Shown in pieces: positions 41,405 to 52,390 of a DNA stretch of 64,000 nucleotides (position 1 is its first letter; each line of letters starts with the position of its first letter). Where the stretch lies: NCBI GenBank assembly GCA_965240325.2, contig OZ251236.1, positions 248,001 to 312,000 on the forward strand, in the 5' to 3' direction. The position numbers and the translations under genes were made by a program. This DNA comes from Rebecca billardiae RCC1528. Its lineage: Eukaryota > Protista > Haptophyta. Under the pieces are notes generated by a model that saw only the letters and a list, made by a program, of their open reading frames with translations, was not told where the DNA came from and did not search any database.

Positions 41405-44400
41405 TCATCGCACGCTCATCAGGTCTGTGGTGTACACGAAGTGGCGCTGCCGCTTGACCGGCTTGGCCGCGGCCGGCGCGGGCGGCGCGAACCGGTGCGC
41501 GACGCTCATCGCGGGGAGCAGCGCGTCGCGCGGCGGCGGCGAGCGTCGGTGCGGCGCGAGCGCGGCGCGCAGCTCGGGCGCTCGGTCCGGGCCGCGCGCG
41601 CGCGCGCGCGCGGGCTGCTCGGCGGCGTCGTGCGGCCCGGCCACGGCGGGCGCGCGCTGCGCGCGGCGGGCGGCGCCGTCGGCCGCCGCCGCCGTCGCCG
41701 GGGGCGTCGGATTCGCCGACGATGCCGCCGGCGGCGGCGTCGTCGGCAGCAGCGGCGGCAGCTCGGCCGGGCGCCGCGGCGGCGGGCGCGGCGGCGCGGG
41801 CGCCACCTCGGCGCGCGCCGCCGCGTCGGAAGCGCCGGCCTGGGCGCTGCCGCCGGCGGCGGGCGCGGCGGCGGGCACCGGCGCGTGGGGCCTGCCCGAG
41901 CGCAGGGAGCCGCGCGACGCCGAGACGCGCCGCGTCTCGCCCAGCAGCAGCGGGTGCGGCGCGCGCCACGCCGAGGCCGCCTCGAGCGACGGCGCGACGG
42001 CGGCGCCGCCGGCGGCGAGCGGCGGCGGTCGCTCGCCCTCGTGCTGCGCTGCGGTGAGGAGGAGGGCGCGCTGGCGCACGGCGCGCGGCGAGGCGCGGCG
42101 CGCGGCGTCGAGCCCGCCGCGCGGCGGCCGCGCCACGGGCGGCAGCGCGCCCGCGCCCAGCGCCGCGCGGACCACCTCCTCCACGCGCGTCGCCACCCAG
42201 CCGCGCATCGTCGCGGCGCGAGCTCCAAGCTCGTGCTCGCCGACGCCGCGGAGCAGCCGTCGCAACTCGGGCTCGGCGATCTCGAGGGCGCGGAGCGGGG
42301 TCTGCGCGACGAGCCGCCACGCGTGCCGTGGCACCAGCGTCTCGAGCGTCGCGGCGCAGAGCACGTTGCCCCCGCCGAGCATCATCACGCTCAGCTCGTG
42401 CCCGTGCGCGCCGTGCGCGCCGCCGTGCGCGCCGTGCGCGCCACTCAGCGAGTGCGCGGCGTGCAGCGTGCCGTGAGAGGAGGGCGCGCGCCGGCCGTCA
42501 CGGCCGGCGGCGGCGGCGGCGGCGGCACCGCCGTCGTCGCCACCGCCCGCCCCGCCGCCGCTCGGGCGGAGTGGCGAGCCCAGCTTTGGCGAGCTCGTGC
42601 CCGCGGCCGCCGCCGCGCCGCCGCCGCGCCGCCGACCGCCAGGCGTGCGCGCCTTGCCCGCGGCCGCCTCCGCGTCAGCGGACCCGCCGCCGCCGCTGGT
42701 TGCACTGCCGCCGCCGCCGCCGGCGGCGGCGGCGGCGGCGCCCGTGGAGAGCGCGGTGGCGCGGCTGGTCGGCGGCGGCGCGAGCGCGAGCGTCTTGTTC
42801 CGCTCCAGCCTCGCGCGCTCCGCGCGCGCCTCGTCGAGCGCCTCGCGCGCACTCACTGCGAGCCGACACTCACCAGAGACCAACAGCAGAGCGCGCGGCG
42901 GCGCGCACGCGCGCTCGCTCGCGAGCACCTCACCGCGGCGGATCTCGCAGTGGGTGAAGAGCGGCGCGACCCTGAGCAGCTCCGCCTCCGCCGCGGCGCG
43001 CGCCTCCGCCGCCGTCCCCGCCGCCGCGTGCGCCTGCGCCAGCCGCGGTCCGGGGAAGAGTCCGGATGCCGAGAGCAGCGCCGCCGTGCGCTCGAGGCCC
43101 GCCACGTGCGCCGCCGCGCCGCCGTGCGCGCGGTACGCGGCGCGCGAGATGGCGAGGACTTCGACCGGGCCGACGGCGCGCGCGGAGGAGTCGGGAGGGT
43201 CGCCGAGCGCGGCGGCGGTCTCGTTGATCGCCTCGCCCGCCCCGACCGTGCGCTCGAGCGCCTCCCACCGCCACGCGCCGTGCGTCTGCGCCGCGGCCGC
43301 GCCCGCCGCGCCGGCCGCGCCCGGCTCGCGCGTCGACGCGCCAGCGCCACCAAAGGCCCTCGCCACCTCGGCTGCGTCGAGGCCCTCTTCGAAGCCGCGC
43401 AGCGCGGCGGCGGCCGCTCGGCCGAGCATCGAGCGGCGGCGCGGCGTGGTGCCCCCGCCGCCGCCCGTCGCGCCGCCGCCGCCCGCGCCGCCGCCGCCAC
43501 CCGCCATCCCGCCGCCCTCCCCCGACCCGCCCGCCGGCCCGACCGCTGCGGTCGCATAGAGGCGGCCAGTTAGAGTGTTGACTGACACGTGCACGTGCAC
43601 GCTCGCCTGGCCCGAGAGCAGGATGAGCACGTCGGTCGGCGCGAAGCCGAGGTAGCTGCCGCCGCCCGCGCCGGCGCCGCCGGCGCCGCCGGGCTTGGAG
43701 CGCGGCGCGGCCGCGCCGGCGCCACCGCCGACGCCTGCCACGCCCGCCGCGCCGCCGCTGCGTGGGTGCATGCAGATGCGGACTCCCGCGCCGACGCGCG
43801 CATACATCACGCCCTTGCACAGCTCGCGCGCGTCCTCCTCCGCCAGCCTGGCGAAGAAGGGCAGCGCGCGCACGCGCTCAAGCAGCGCGGACACGTCCTC
43901 CGACGTGCGGCTCGCGCGCGGCTTGGCGCACGCCAGGTTGAACGCGGCGTCGGCGCGCGCGGCCCAGAGCATGCCTGCGCACACGCCGTCGTCGGCGCCG
44001 GCGCCGTCGGCGCGCCGGGCGGGCGGGCGGGTGGTGCGTGTCAGCGGTGCCGAGCGCGAGGTCGCGCGTATGGGCACGCGCGCACGCGCGCACAGCCAGG
44101 GCAGCGCACGCAGCGCACGCGGCGCCCACAGCGCACGCAGCGCGCAGTGCGGCACAGCACACAGCGCACGCAGCGCATGCGCAGCGCCGCGCGCAGCGCG
44201 CAGCGCGCAGCGCGCACGTTCGGTGAGCGCCGAGAGCAGCACGTCCTTGCTGAGGAGCAGGATGGTGGCGCCGCCCGCGCCCGCACCGCGCCCGCCCGTG
44301 CCCGCGGAGCCGAGCACCGCCGCGTTCCGCCGCAGCCCCTCCTGCAGCAGAGCCGCTTCGCCCACGAGCGCGCCTGCGTGCAGAGTTGACACGTGGCGCA

Positions 44401-45502
44401 GCGGCGACCGCAGCGCCGCGCCGTCGCGGCTCGTGCACTGGCGGAGCAGCTCCCAGCGCGCGCGCGCGAGCGCGCCGCCGTCTCGCTGCGCGTCCGCCAG
44501 CGCGGGCGGCGGCCGCGCGTGCGCGTGCACGCACACGTCCACCGAGCCCGCCGTGACCAGGAAGCAATATTCGGCCGGGTCGTTTTGACGAAACAACAGC
44601 TCGTCCGGCCGCAGGCTGCGCTGCACCATCCGGTCGCACAGCTGCGTGAGCGGCTCGCGCGCCCAGCTCTGGAAGAGCGCGCGGCTGCGGAGCAGCGCGG
44701 TCCGCGCGTGCAGCGTCCGCCTGTACGAGGGCACGAGGCACGCGAGCGCCGCCGCGCGCGGCACGACGAGCAGCCACGCCCAGCCGCCAGGAGTCGGCTC
44801 GTGCGCCGTCTCGAGCGCCGCGCGCGCGGCGGAGGGCGGCGGCGCGGCGTCGAGCTCCGCGGCGGTGGGCGGGGCGAGCACCGTCGCGTCGTAGTCGTTC
44901 GCCGGCTGGTGCTCCGCCAGCGCGAGCACGCCGATGCACGCGCCGCGGCCGACGACGCGCGCCGAGCGCGGCCGTGTCGCGCTCGCCGGCCGGGCGGCCG
45001 GGCCGAGGGCCGAGTCGCGCCGCATGGAGGCCCTCGCGCTGCGCCGCCCTGGCTCGGCGCGGGCGGAGGCGCCGCGCGGCAGGTTCGACGCCTCCTCGCC
45101 CTCCTCCTCCTCCGTCGCCGCGACGATCTTGGGCTCGAGCAGCTCGACGCGTCCGGCGGCGACCACAAAGACGAACTCTGGGAAGGCGGCCGCGCGCGCA
45201 AACGTGTGGCCCGGCGGGACGGCGATGCACTCGGCGTGCGCGACGAGCCGGTCCATCATGCCGTCCTCGTCCAGGGTCGCCTCCCCGTCGGCGGCGGCGG
45301 CGCCGCCGCCCGGCTCCTCCGCGCCCGCGTGGCGCAGCTGGCCGAGCACCGGCGGGTTGAGGGCGCGCACGAGCCTGCGCAGCTGCTGCCGCTCGTTGGA
45401 CGAGCGGTCGGCGGACGGGCGGCGCAGGAGGTCGGCGAGCTTGGCGATGCCTGGCGGCTCGGCCGGCGCCGGCTCGTCGATGCTGTCGAGCAGGTCGTCC
45501 AT
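41405..45502 (-). CDS. Protein with several, partly degenerate cyclic-nucleotide-binding (cNMP) domains
   Basis: LFQSW...ELLFRQNDPAEYCFLVTAGSVDV...GALVGEAALL...RRNAAV, plus LPFFARL, ILLSGQASV and GEAINE segments. Probable in-frame intron at 43975-44217. Confidence 0.8.
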   Translation of the reverse strand: MDDLLDSIDEPAPAEPPGIAKLADLLRRPSADRSSNERQQLRRLVRALNPPVLGQLRHAGAEEPGGGAAAADGEATLDEDGMMDRLVAHAECIAVPPGHTFARAAAFPEFVFVVAAGRVELLEPKIVAATEEEEGEEASNLPRGASARAEPGRRSARASMRRDSALGPAARPASATRPRSARVVGRGACIGVLALAEHQPANDYDATVLAPPTAAELDAAPPPSAARAALETAHEPTPGGWAWLLVVPRAAALACLVPSYRRTLHARTALLRSRALFQSWAREPLTQLCDRMVQRSLRPDELLFRQNDPAEYCFLVTAGSVDVCVHAHARPPPALADAQRDGGALARARWELLRQCTSRDGAALRSPLRHVSTLHAGALVGEAALLQEGLRRNAAVLGSAGTGGRGAGAGGATILLLSKDVLLSALTERARCALRAARGAAHALRALCAVPHCALRALWAPRALRALPWLCARARVPIRATSRSAPLTRTTRPPARRADGAGADDGVCAGMLWAARADAAFNLACAKPRASRTSEDVSALLERVRALPFFARLAEEDARELCKGVMYARVGAGVRICMHPRSGGAAGVAGVGGGAGAAAPRSKPGGAGGAGAGGGSYLGFAPTDVLILLSGQASVHVHVSVNTLTGRLYATAAVGPAGGSGEGGGMAGGGGGAGGGGATGGGGGTTPRRRSMLGRAAAAALRGFEEGLDAAEVARAFGGAGASTREPGAAGAAGAAAAQTHGAWRWEALERTVGAGEAINETAAALGDPPDSSARAVGPVEVLAISRAAYRAHGGAAAHVAGLERTAALLSASGLFPGPRLAQAHAAAGTAAEARAAAEAELLRVAPLFTHCEIRRGEVLASERACAPPRALLLVSGECRLAVSAREALDEARAERARLERNKTLALAPPPTSRATALSTGAAAAAAGGGGGSATSGGGGSADAEAAAGKARTPGGRRRGGGAAAAAGTSSPKLGSPLRPSGGGAGGGDDGGAAAAAAAGRDGRRAPSSHGTLHAAHSLSGAHGAHGGAHGAHGHELSVMMLGGGNVLCAATLETLVPRHAWRLVAQTPLRALEIAEPELRRLLRGVGEHELGARAATMRGWVATRVEEVVRAALGAGALPPVARPPRGGLDAARRASPRAVRQRALLLTAAQHEGERPPPLAAGGAAVAPSLEAASAWRAPHPLLLGETRRVSASRGSLRSGRPHAPVPAAAPAAGGSAQAGASDAAARAEVAPAPPRPPPRRPAELPPLLPTTPPPAASSANPTPPATAAAADGAARRAQRAPAVAGPHDAAEQPARARARGPDRAPELRAALAPHRRSPPPRDALLPAMSVAHRFAPPAPAAAKPVKRQRHFVYTTDLMSVR

Positions 45503-46947
45503 ATCGAGCCTCGCCGCAGGTGTGCCGCCACGGGGTGCGCAGCCTAGGCTGGCCGCATCCTGCACCCGAGTCTGTGGGCTCAGGCGCACCCGTTCAGATG
45601 ACCTGAGATATGGGAAACGGCGAATTCGCAAATAGGCCCGTTCGTCATGTTCCCGGCCAGAGTGGGTAAACCACGTAAGGAAGTCAGTCGAAGCTCGTCA
45701 GTGCCGTCAATAATAATGGATGAATGGGCGCCTGGTAAATGGGTACTTTTTCAGCGCTAGGTACTTCTATTAAAACTGCGGGGGCCTGGCGGCCTTGTCC
45801 CGGTGGGGCTGGTCAAACACAGCGCGTCTAGGACGCGACGGAGAAGCTTGCTAGGGCCGGCAGACCCGACGACGATGGGACGCGTTGGCCGTTCAGCGCT
45901 GACTACCCGTACCGGTATGCCGGTATCACCTATCCTCCGGTTGCGCGCGCGGGCGCGCACGGCGCGCGCGCGCGGCGCGGCACGGCGCGGCACCGCACCG
46001 CCACCGCGGTTCTGCAAGGCCCATCGAGGCGCCGGCGAGGCGCGCGTCGATGCAGTCGTCGCTGCGCGCGGCCGCTCGGGCACGACGGTTCGGCAACGGC
46101 ACGCACCGCGGATGGCCCACCGGTCTGCAGGCGGCGGCTGCTGCAGGCGTGGGGCGAGCCGCGGCGCAGGGCACAACCCGTGCACGGCGTAGACTTGCAG
46201 CCGTCGCTGAGCACGGCCCGTTGGGCACGACGTGGTACGAGCGGCTCGCGTCGGTGCGCATGATGTGTTGTGCAGCTCGCGCCGGCGGGCACGCACCTCC
46301 ACGATGGCGCCGCGCGCCGCGGGCGGCGCGGGTGACGGCTCAAAGGCCGCGCCCGTTGATGACGAGCCAGCGCTCGAGTACAGGAGTAGTAGTCGGGCAT
46401 AAGTCGGCGAGCGGGTGGCTTATGGTAGGCTTGTGGTACGAGCTTCTCCATCAGGCCGTTCGTCCACGTCATCTGATGCGGTTGCGGCTGCTTGATCGCC
46501 GCCACGTGCCGCTGGATTAATCCGCCAGATCGGCGCCAGTACCTCGCGATGCCGACGATGGCATCTGGCGCTGGGAATTCGGCGGAGGCCCGCGGAGCTG
46601 ATCCTTGTCGCGCGAGCAAAACGCGGGCACGCCAGACATGCGCATTGGTCGCGGGGCGCGCGTGAACTGCGAGCACGGGCTCGACTGGCACGCCGCCATG
46701 CGCCTCGACGCGCACGCGCGCCACCGGCGGACGAAAGCCCAGCTCGGCTGGGGCTCCCAAGCATTTTTGGTCGGGTCTGCCTGATTAATATTGGTTCGCT
46801 CGGGCGAATCCAACTGCCGGTGCATCTATTATAAAGTTCGTGGTTCGGTGCGGATCTCGTCAGGTAAGCGCAGCACCGCGTGGCAGCGGCAATTCCACAT
46901 GCGCCCGCCCAAGCGAAGTTTGTGTGGCACGACTGAGCGGGCGGTGG

Positions 46948-49077
46948 ATGCCGCACGACGACCAGCTTGAGGCTGCTGCTCGCATGAACGAACTGGCGGA
47001 GGAGGGCGGGGACGGCCGCGCGCCGCGCCGCTCGGCGCGCCGCTCGCCGCCCTCCGCCTCGCTGCGCGCCGGCGCCGGGCACAAGCGCTCCGCCTCGCAC
47101 CACGCGCACCCGCGCACGTCGCCGCCGCTCGAGCTGCTGCAGCGTTACGACATGTCGGCGCACACGGTCGGGCGCGGGCACTTCTCGGTGGTGAAGCTCG
47201 GCGTGGACCGGCGGACGAACGAGCGCGTCGCGATCAAGGTGATCGACAAGCGCACGCTCCACTCCGAGGCGCGGCTGCGCACCGAGGTCGCCGTGCTGCA
47301 GCGCGCCGGCCGGCACGAGCACATCGTGCAGCTGCTCGACGTCTTCGAGAACGCGGAGGCGCTGTTCCTCGTGATGGAGCTCGTGCAGGGCGGCGAGCTG
47401 TTCGGCCGGATCGTCGCCAAGACGCGCTACTCCGAGGCCGAGGCGCGCGAGGCCATCGCGCAGATCGCCTCCGCACTCGAGTACCTGCACCGGCGCGGCG
47501 TCGTGCACCGCGACCTCAAGCCAGAGAACCTTCTCTACGCTTCGGCGGCGGAACATTCGCCGCTGAAGATCGCCGACTTCGGGCTGGCGCGCGCGTTCGA
47601 GCCAGCCGACGGCGCGAGGCTCTCCTCGCCCTGCGGCACGCCCGGCTACGTCGCGCCCGAGGTGCTTACCCACAATGGGTACGACGGCGCGGTCGACCTA
47701 TGGAGCCTCGGGGTGATTCTGTATGTGTTGCTATGCGGCCACCCGCCCTTCTACGCGCAGACGACGGCGAAGCTGTTCGACAAGATCAAGCGCGCCGAGT
47801 ACGGCTTCCCCGACGCGCAGTGGCGGCATATCTCCGACGACGCCAAGGACCTCGTCCGCCACCTGCTCACCCTCGAGCCCGCGCATCGGCTGACGGCGCG
47901 CGAAGTGTTGCAGCATCGGTGGGTGCGGGTCGCGGGCGCGGCGAGCGCGGAGCGCGTGCTGACCTCGCCGCAGGAGCTGGCGTACGCGTACTCGCAGCGG
48001 CTGTGGGGCATGTCGCTCGAGCTCTCCACCGCCGTGCACCGCCTCGGCAACTTCGCCGCGCTGCCCGCCATCCCGATGGGCGCCCTGTGGGCGCGGCGCC
48101 GGTCCGAACAGCCCGCGGCGCAGCAGCAGCGCCCGGCGCGCGGGGCGCGCCGCTCGGACGCGAGCGGCGGCGGCGGCGCCGAGGACGGCGGCGGCGGCGG
48201 CGGCGGCGCCCCGGCGCCGGCCGCGGCACCCGCCTCTGCCTTCGCCCTGCCGCAGCCCTCGCTGCTCGCGCCGCCCTCGCTGTCCACCGCGTGCGCGTGG
48301 GCCGCGTCGCCCGCGCGCCGCGCGCCGCCCGCCGAGGCGCCGCCGCCGCGCGGCACGTCGACGCGAGATACAATCTCGATCGTGCCGCCGCCGGAGGCTA
48401 CGCGAGATACAATCTCGATCGTGCCGCCGCCGGAGGCTACGCGAGATACAATCTCGATCGTGCCGCCGCCGGAGGCGCACGTGGGCGGGGCGCCCGCGGC
48501 GGACGGCGGCGTGGCCGCGTGGCACACGCCGCCGCGCGCGCCGCCGCGCGGCGCGCAGCCGGCGGCGTCGGCCCTGGCCCTGGCGCAGCTGGTGCCCGCA
48601 GCTGCCGGGCCGGCGCCGCCGCCGCCGCCCCGGCGCGAGCCGCCCCGCGCGGCCGAGCCGCCGCGCGCGCCGCGCGCCGAGCCGGCCGCCGTTGTCACCC
48701 CGCCGGCGGCGCCGGTGCCAGCCGCGCCCCGCGCGGCCATGCCGCCCTCGCTCCGGGCCGTCGGCCGCTCCGAGAGCCTGCCCACGCAGCTGCTGCGCAT
48801 GTCCCTCTTCGAGGCCTGCGAGCACGGTGGGTCCGCGGCGCTGGGGGCGGCCGGAGGAGCGGCGGACGGCGGCGGCGGCGGCGCGGACGGCTCGCCGCGC
48901 GCGCGGATGCGCCGCGTGAACAGCCTGCAGCACCAGAGCTCCGCGGCGGCGGCGGTGGTCTGCCGGTCGGGCGGAGGGCTCGACTGCGCCACGGCGAGCG
49001 CCGAGGAGAGGCAGAGGCGCGCGGCCGCGTGGCAGCGCGCGGACGGCCAGCAGCATCAGCCCGTGAGCGCAGCCTGA
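46948..49077 (+). CDS. CaMK-family (CaMKI-like) Ser/Thr protein kinase with Pro/Ala-rich C-terminal extension
   Basis: GRGHFSVV, VAIKVIDK, HRDLKPEN, DFG, CGTPGYVAPE and DLWSLGVILY motifs. Start could be 46948 or 46984. Confidence 0.93.
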   Translation: MPHDDQLEAAARMNELAEEGGDGRAPRRSARRSPPSASLRAGAGHKRSASHHAHPRTSPPLELLQRYDMSAHTVGRGHFSVVKLGVDRRTNERVAIKVIDKRTLHSEARLRTEVAVLQRAGRHEHIVQLLDVFENAEALFLVMELVQGGELFGRIVAKTRYSEAEAREAIAQIASALEYLHRRGVVHRDLKPENLLYASAAEHSPLKIADFGLARAFEPADGARLSSPCGTPGYVAPEVLTHNGYDGAVDLWSLGVILYVLLCGHPPFYAQTTAKLFDKIKRAEYGFPDAQWRHISDDAKDLVRHLLTLEPAHRLTAREVLQHRWVRVAGAASAERVLTSPQELAYAYSQRLWGMSLELSTAVHRLGNFAALPAIPMGALWARRRSEQPAAQQQRPARGARRSDASGGGGAEDGGGGGGGAPAPAAAPASAFALPQPSLLAPPSLSTACAWAASPARRAPPAEAPPPRGTSTRDTISIVPPPEATRDTISIVPPPEATRDTISIVPPPEAHVGGAPAADGGVAAWHTPPRAPPRGAQPAASALALAQLVPAAAGPAPPPPPRREPPRAAEPPRAPRAEPAAVVTPPAAPVPAAPRAAMPPSLRAVGRSESLPTQLLRMSLFEACEHGGSAALGAAGGAADGGGGGADGSPRARMRRVNSLQHQSSAAAAVVCRSGGGLDCATASAEERQRRAAAWQRADGQQHQPVSAA
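48361..48477 (+). repeat. 39-bp coding triplication (TRDTISIVPPPEA)x3
   Basis: Three near-identical copies. Confidence 0.95.
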
Positions 49078-49435
49078 TTAGCCTGATGCTGCTCTCGACT
49101 ACTACGCTGCGTGGTCCGACCATGCACGCCGTCCTGCGTCCGCCACCGAGCTGCTGAGCCGCCGTAGTCAGTAGCATCATCGTCCGATTCACAGGCTGCT
49201 GGTCATTACTGGCGGCGTCACGCTCGCGCAGACGAGCGCGGCGCGGCGGTCCCGCGGCGGTCCGCGTCGCGCCGGACGCTATGGCACGTCCGATCGGGAT
49301 CGACTGCGTGTCGTCGCGGTAGTGACGCAATAAATGCGGCGCGCCTGACGACGCATCGGGCGGCATTGGCATTTGGCAGCGCATATCCGTGCATGCTCAT
49401 CGGGCCGCACGGCGGGGCCACGCGGCGCCTCAGGC

Positions 49436-50099
49436 TCACTGCTCGGCGCCCGGCGTCTGCGGCGAGCCCGCCTTGGCCTTGGCGCGTCCGCCCCTCGACT
49501 TGCGCCCAAAGCTCGAGGAGCGCTTGAGGATCTCGTTCTTGAGTACCTCCTCGACGGAGACGGTGAGCGGGCGCTCGGAGGGCAGCGGCACCGTGCCGGC
49601 CACCGACGAGCGCCGGCCGTCGGGCGAGCAGCCGCCGCCGCCGCCCGGCGGCGGCGCGCCGCCGCCACCGTAATAAGATGCCTCGGGCGCGGGGCCGGTG
49701 GCGGCGCGGGCGCCGTCGGCGGCGCCGCCGGCGCGGCGGCGGCGTCCGAAGGAATTGGCGCGGCGCACGCCGCCCTGCGCCTGCTGCTGTGCGCGGGGCG
49801 GCGGCGCGGGGATGGACGCCGCGGCGGCGGCGACCGCCGCATACCCGCCGCAGCAGCAGTGGCCGCCTCCGCCCGGCGAGGCGCCGCCCGCCGCGCCGCC
49901 CCACGCGCCGCCGCCGCCGCCGCCACCGTCCGCATACGCACCGGGCGCCGCGCCCGCTCCCGGGCCCGCCGCCCAGCTCGGCAGCGGCGGCGGCGGCGCG
50001 GCGGCGCCCGGCCCCGCCGCGGCCGACGGCGGCGCGATCGGCGGCTGCGCGCGCCCGCGCCGCCGCCCGAACGACTGCACGCGCTGGAGACCACTGCCC

Positions 50100-50174
<75 letters not shown>

Positions 50175-52081
50175 GGCTGCGCGCGCGAGGCGGCCGCGTG
50201 CTGCGACGGGTGCGGCAGCACGCACCCGGCCGCCGCCGCCGCGTGCGCGTGCGACGGCTGCGCGAGGAAGTGGAGGTCCGAAGGGTACGGCCCGCCGCCG
50301 GAGGCATGGGCGGCGGCGGCGTTTGGCGCGGCGGCGCAGGCGCCGCCAGGCCCGTGCTGCGGCGGCGGCCGCGCGGCGGCGGCATATGCTGCAAGCACTG
50401 CGGCGGTGTGCGCGTCGACGGGCGCGGGCGAGCTCGAGCGCGCGCCGCGACCGCGGCCGCGCGACTGCCGCGGCTCGGCGCCGCCGCCGCACGACCAGCC
50501 GCCCAGCGGCGGGAAGGCCGCCGGCGAGGTAAGTAAAGCTGAGTAGCACGCGCCGCCCGCGTCGGGCGGCGGGCCGGCGCGCGCGGCCGCGGCCGCGGCC
50601 GCGGCGAGCGCGGCGCGAGCGCTCTGTAGCTGCCGTGCAAGCTCGTGCGCGCGCGCCTCCGCGCCGCGCGCGCGCGCCTCCGCCGCCTCCGCGCGCGCCT
50701 CGGCGCGCGAGCGCATCTTGTGCTCCGCCGCGGCGTGGTCGTCCGCGGCGGCCGCGGCACTCTCCGCCGCGGCGCGCGCCGAGCGAGCGCTCTTGAGTTG
50801 TTCGCGCAGCTCCGCTCGCTCGGCGGAGAGGGTGGCGATGAGGGCCTCGGCGCTGGAGAGCGCCGCGTCCTCCGCCGCGGCCGCCTGCCGCCGCGCCGCG
50901 CCGTCGTCCGTCGTGACGACACCATCGGCGTCAGCGTCGGCGGCGTCGGCACCGTCGGCGGCGTCGGTGCCCGTGTCCGCCGCCGCGCCGCCCGCGCCCG
51001 CCGCGTGCAGCGCAGAGTGCGCGCGCGCCTCCGCCGCCTTCCGAGCCGCCGTCTCCGCGCCGAGCGCGGCGCGGAGCGCAGCGAGCTGCCCGGCGATCGA
51101 CGCGGCGGCGGCCGCCTCCGCCGCCGCCGCCGCCGCCGCGCGGCGTGCCAGCCGCCCGCGCGCGCGCGCCTGCACGCGCGCCGCGCCCGCGCGCGCGCGC
51201 GCGAGCGCGCGCGCGCCGCGCCGGCCGAGCCAAGCTGCGCGCAGCCGCGTCGAGGAAGCATGCTCGCGGCGAGCGCGCGCGGCGCGGCGGCTGGCGAGCC
51301 CGCGCGCTGCGCACTGCAGCGCGAGCGCGGCCGCGAGCGCGCGCGCGCGCGCGCGCCGCGCCGCCGCGCCGCGCGCGCTCGCCTGCACGCGGCGCGCGGC
51401 CGCGAGCGCGCGCGCGCGGCGCGCGCGCGCGGCGCGCGCGCGCGCACTCGCCTGCGCGCGCGTGGCCGCGGCGCCGAGCGCGCGCGCGAGCTGAGCCTCG
51501 AGATGCGCGAATGGCGCGGCCCGGAGGAAGACGCTGTAACGGCCGAGCGCGAGCTCCGACGCCGCGAGCAGCGCGTCGTACTCCCCCGCGCCGGCTCCGC
51601 CGCCGCCGCCGCCCCCATGCGCTTTCGGATCGAAGAGGGCCCGGAGGAGAAGCTCGCACGCCGCGCGCTCGGGCGGTGGCGTGGGCTCGCGCGGCGGCGC
51701 GCCGTCGGCGTTGCACTCGCGTGCGCCGGCGGCGGCGGCGGCGTCGGACGCGCGCGGCGGCGGCGGGAGCGGCGGCACCGCGCCGGGCGCGAGCGCGCGG
51801 TACCGCCGCACCGCCGCGCGGTGGCTCAGCCGGTGCGGGTGCGCCTGCCGCCCCACTTGGCACGCGTGCACAATGCCGGCCGTGCGCAACTGCCGCCCGA
51901 CGCAGGCACCGTCGAGCGCGTGCGCGCCCGGCGTGCCGTTGTCGTTGGGGCGGACGCAGCGCGCGTACTGCACGCGCGTCGACGCCACGCCCGCCATCAG
52001 CGAGCCCAGCTGCCGCGCGAAGCGCGCGGCGACGCCGCTCTGCCCGCGCCGCCCGCGGCCCGCGGCGCCGCGGCCAGGCCT

Positions 52082-52147
<66 letters not shown>

Positions 52148-52357
52148 CGGCGGCGCGCCTCCCTCAGCCTCGCTCGCGAAGAGCGTGAGCAGCAGCGGCG
52201 CGCGCGACGCGCGGCGCAGCAGCGCCTCGAGGTCCGCGCGCCCCGCGTCCACGTTCTTCTCGCGCCACCCCACGCGGCCATACGAGACGGTGGCGGCGTA
52301 GTGCCGAACGCTGAACGCGCACGATTCTGCCGAGAGGCCCTTCGCGGCGATCAGGAG

Positions 52358-52390
<33 letters not shown>

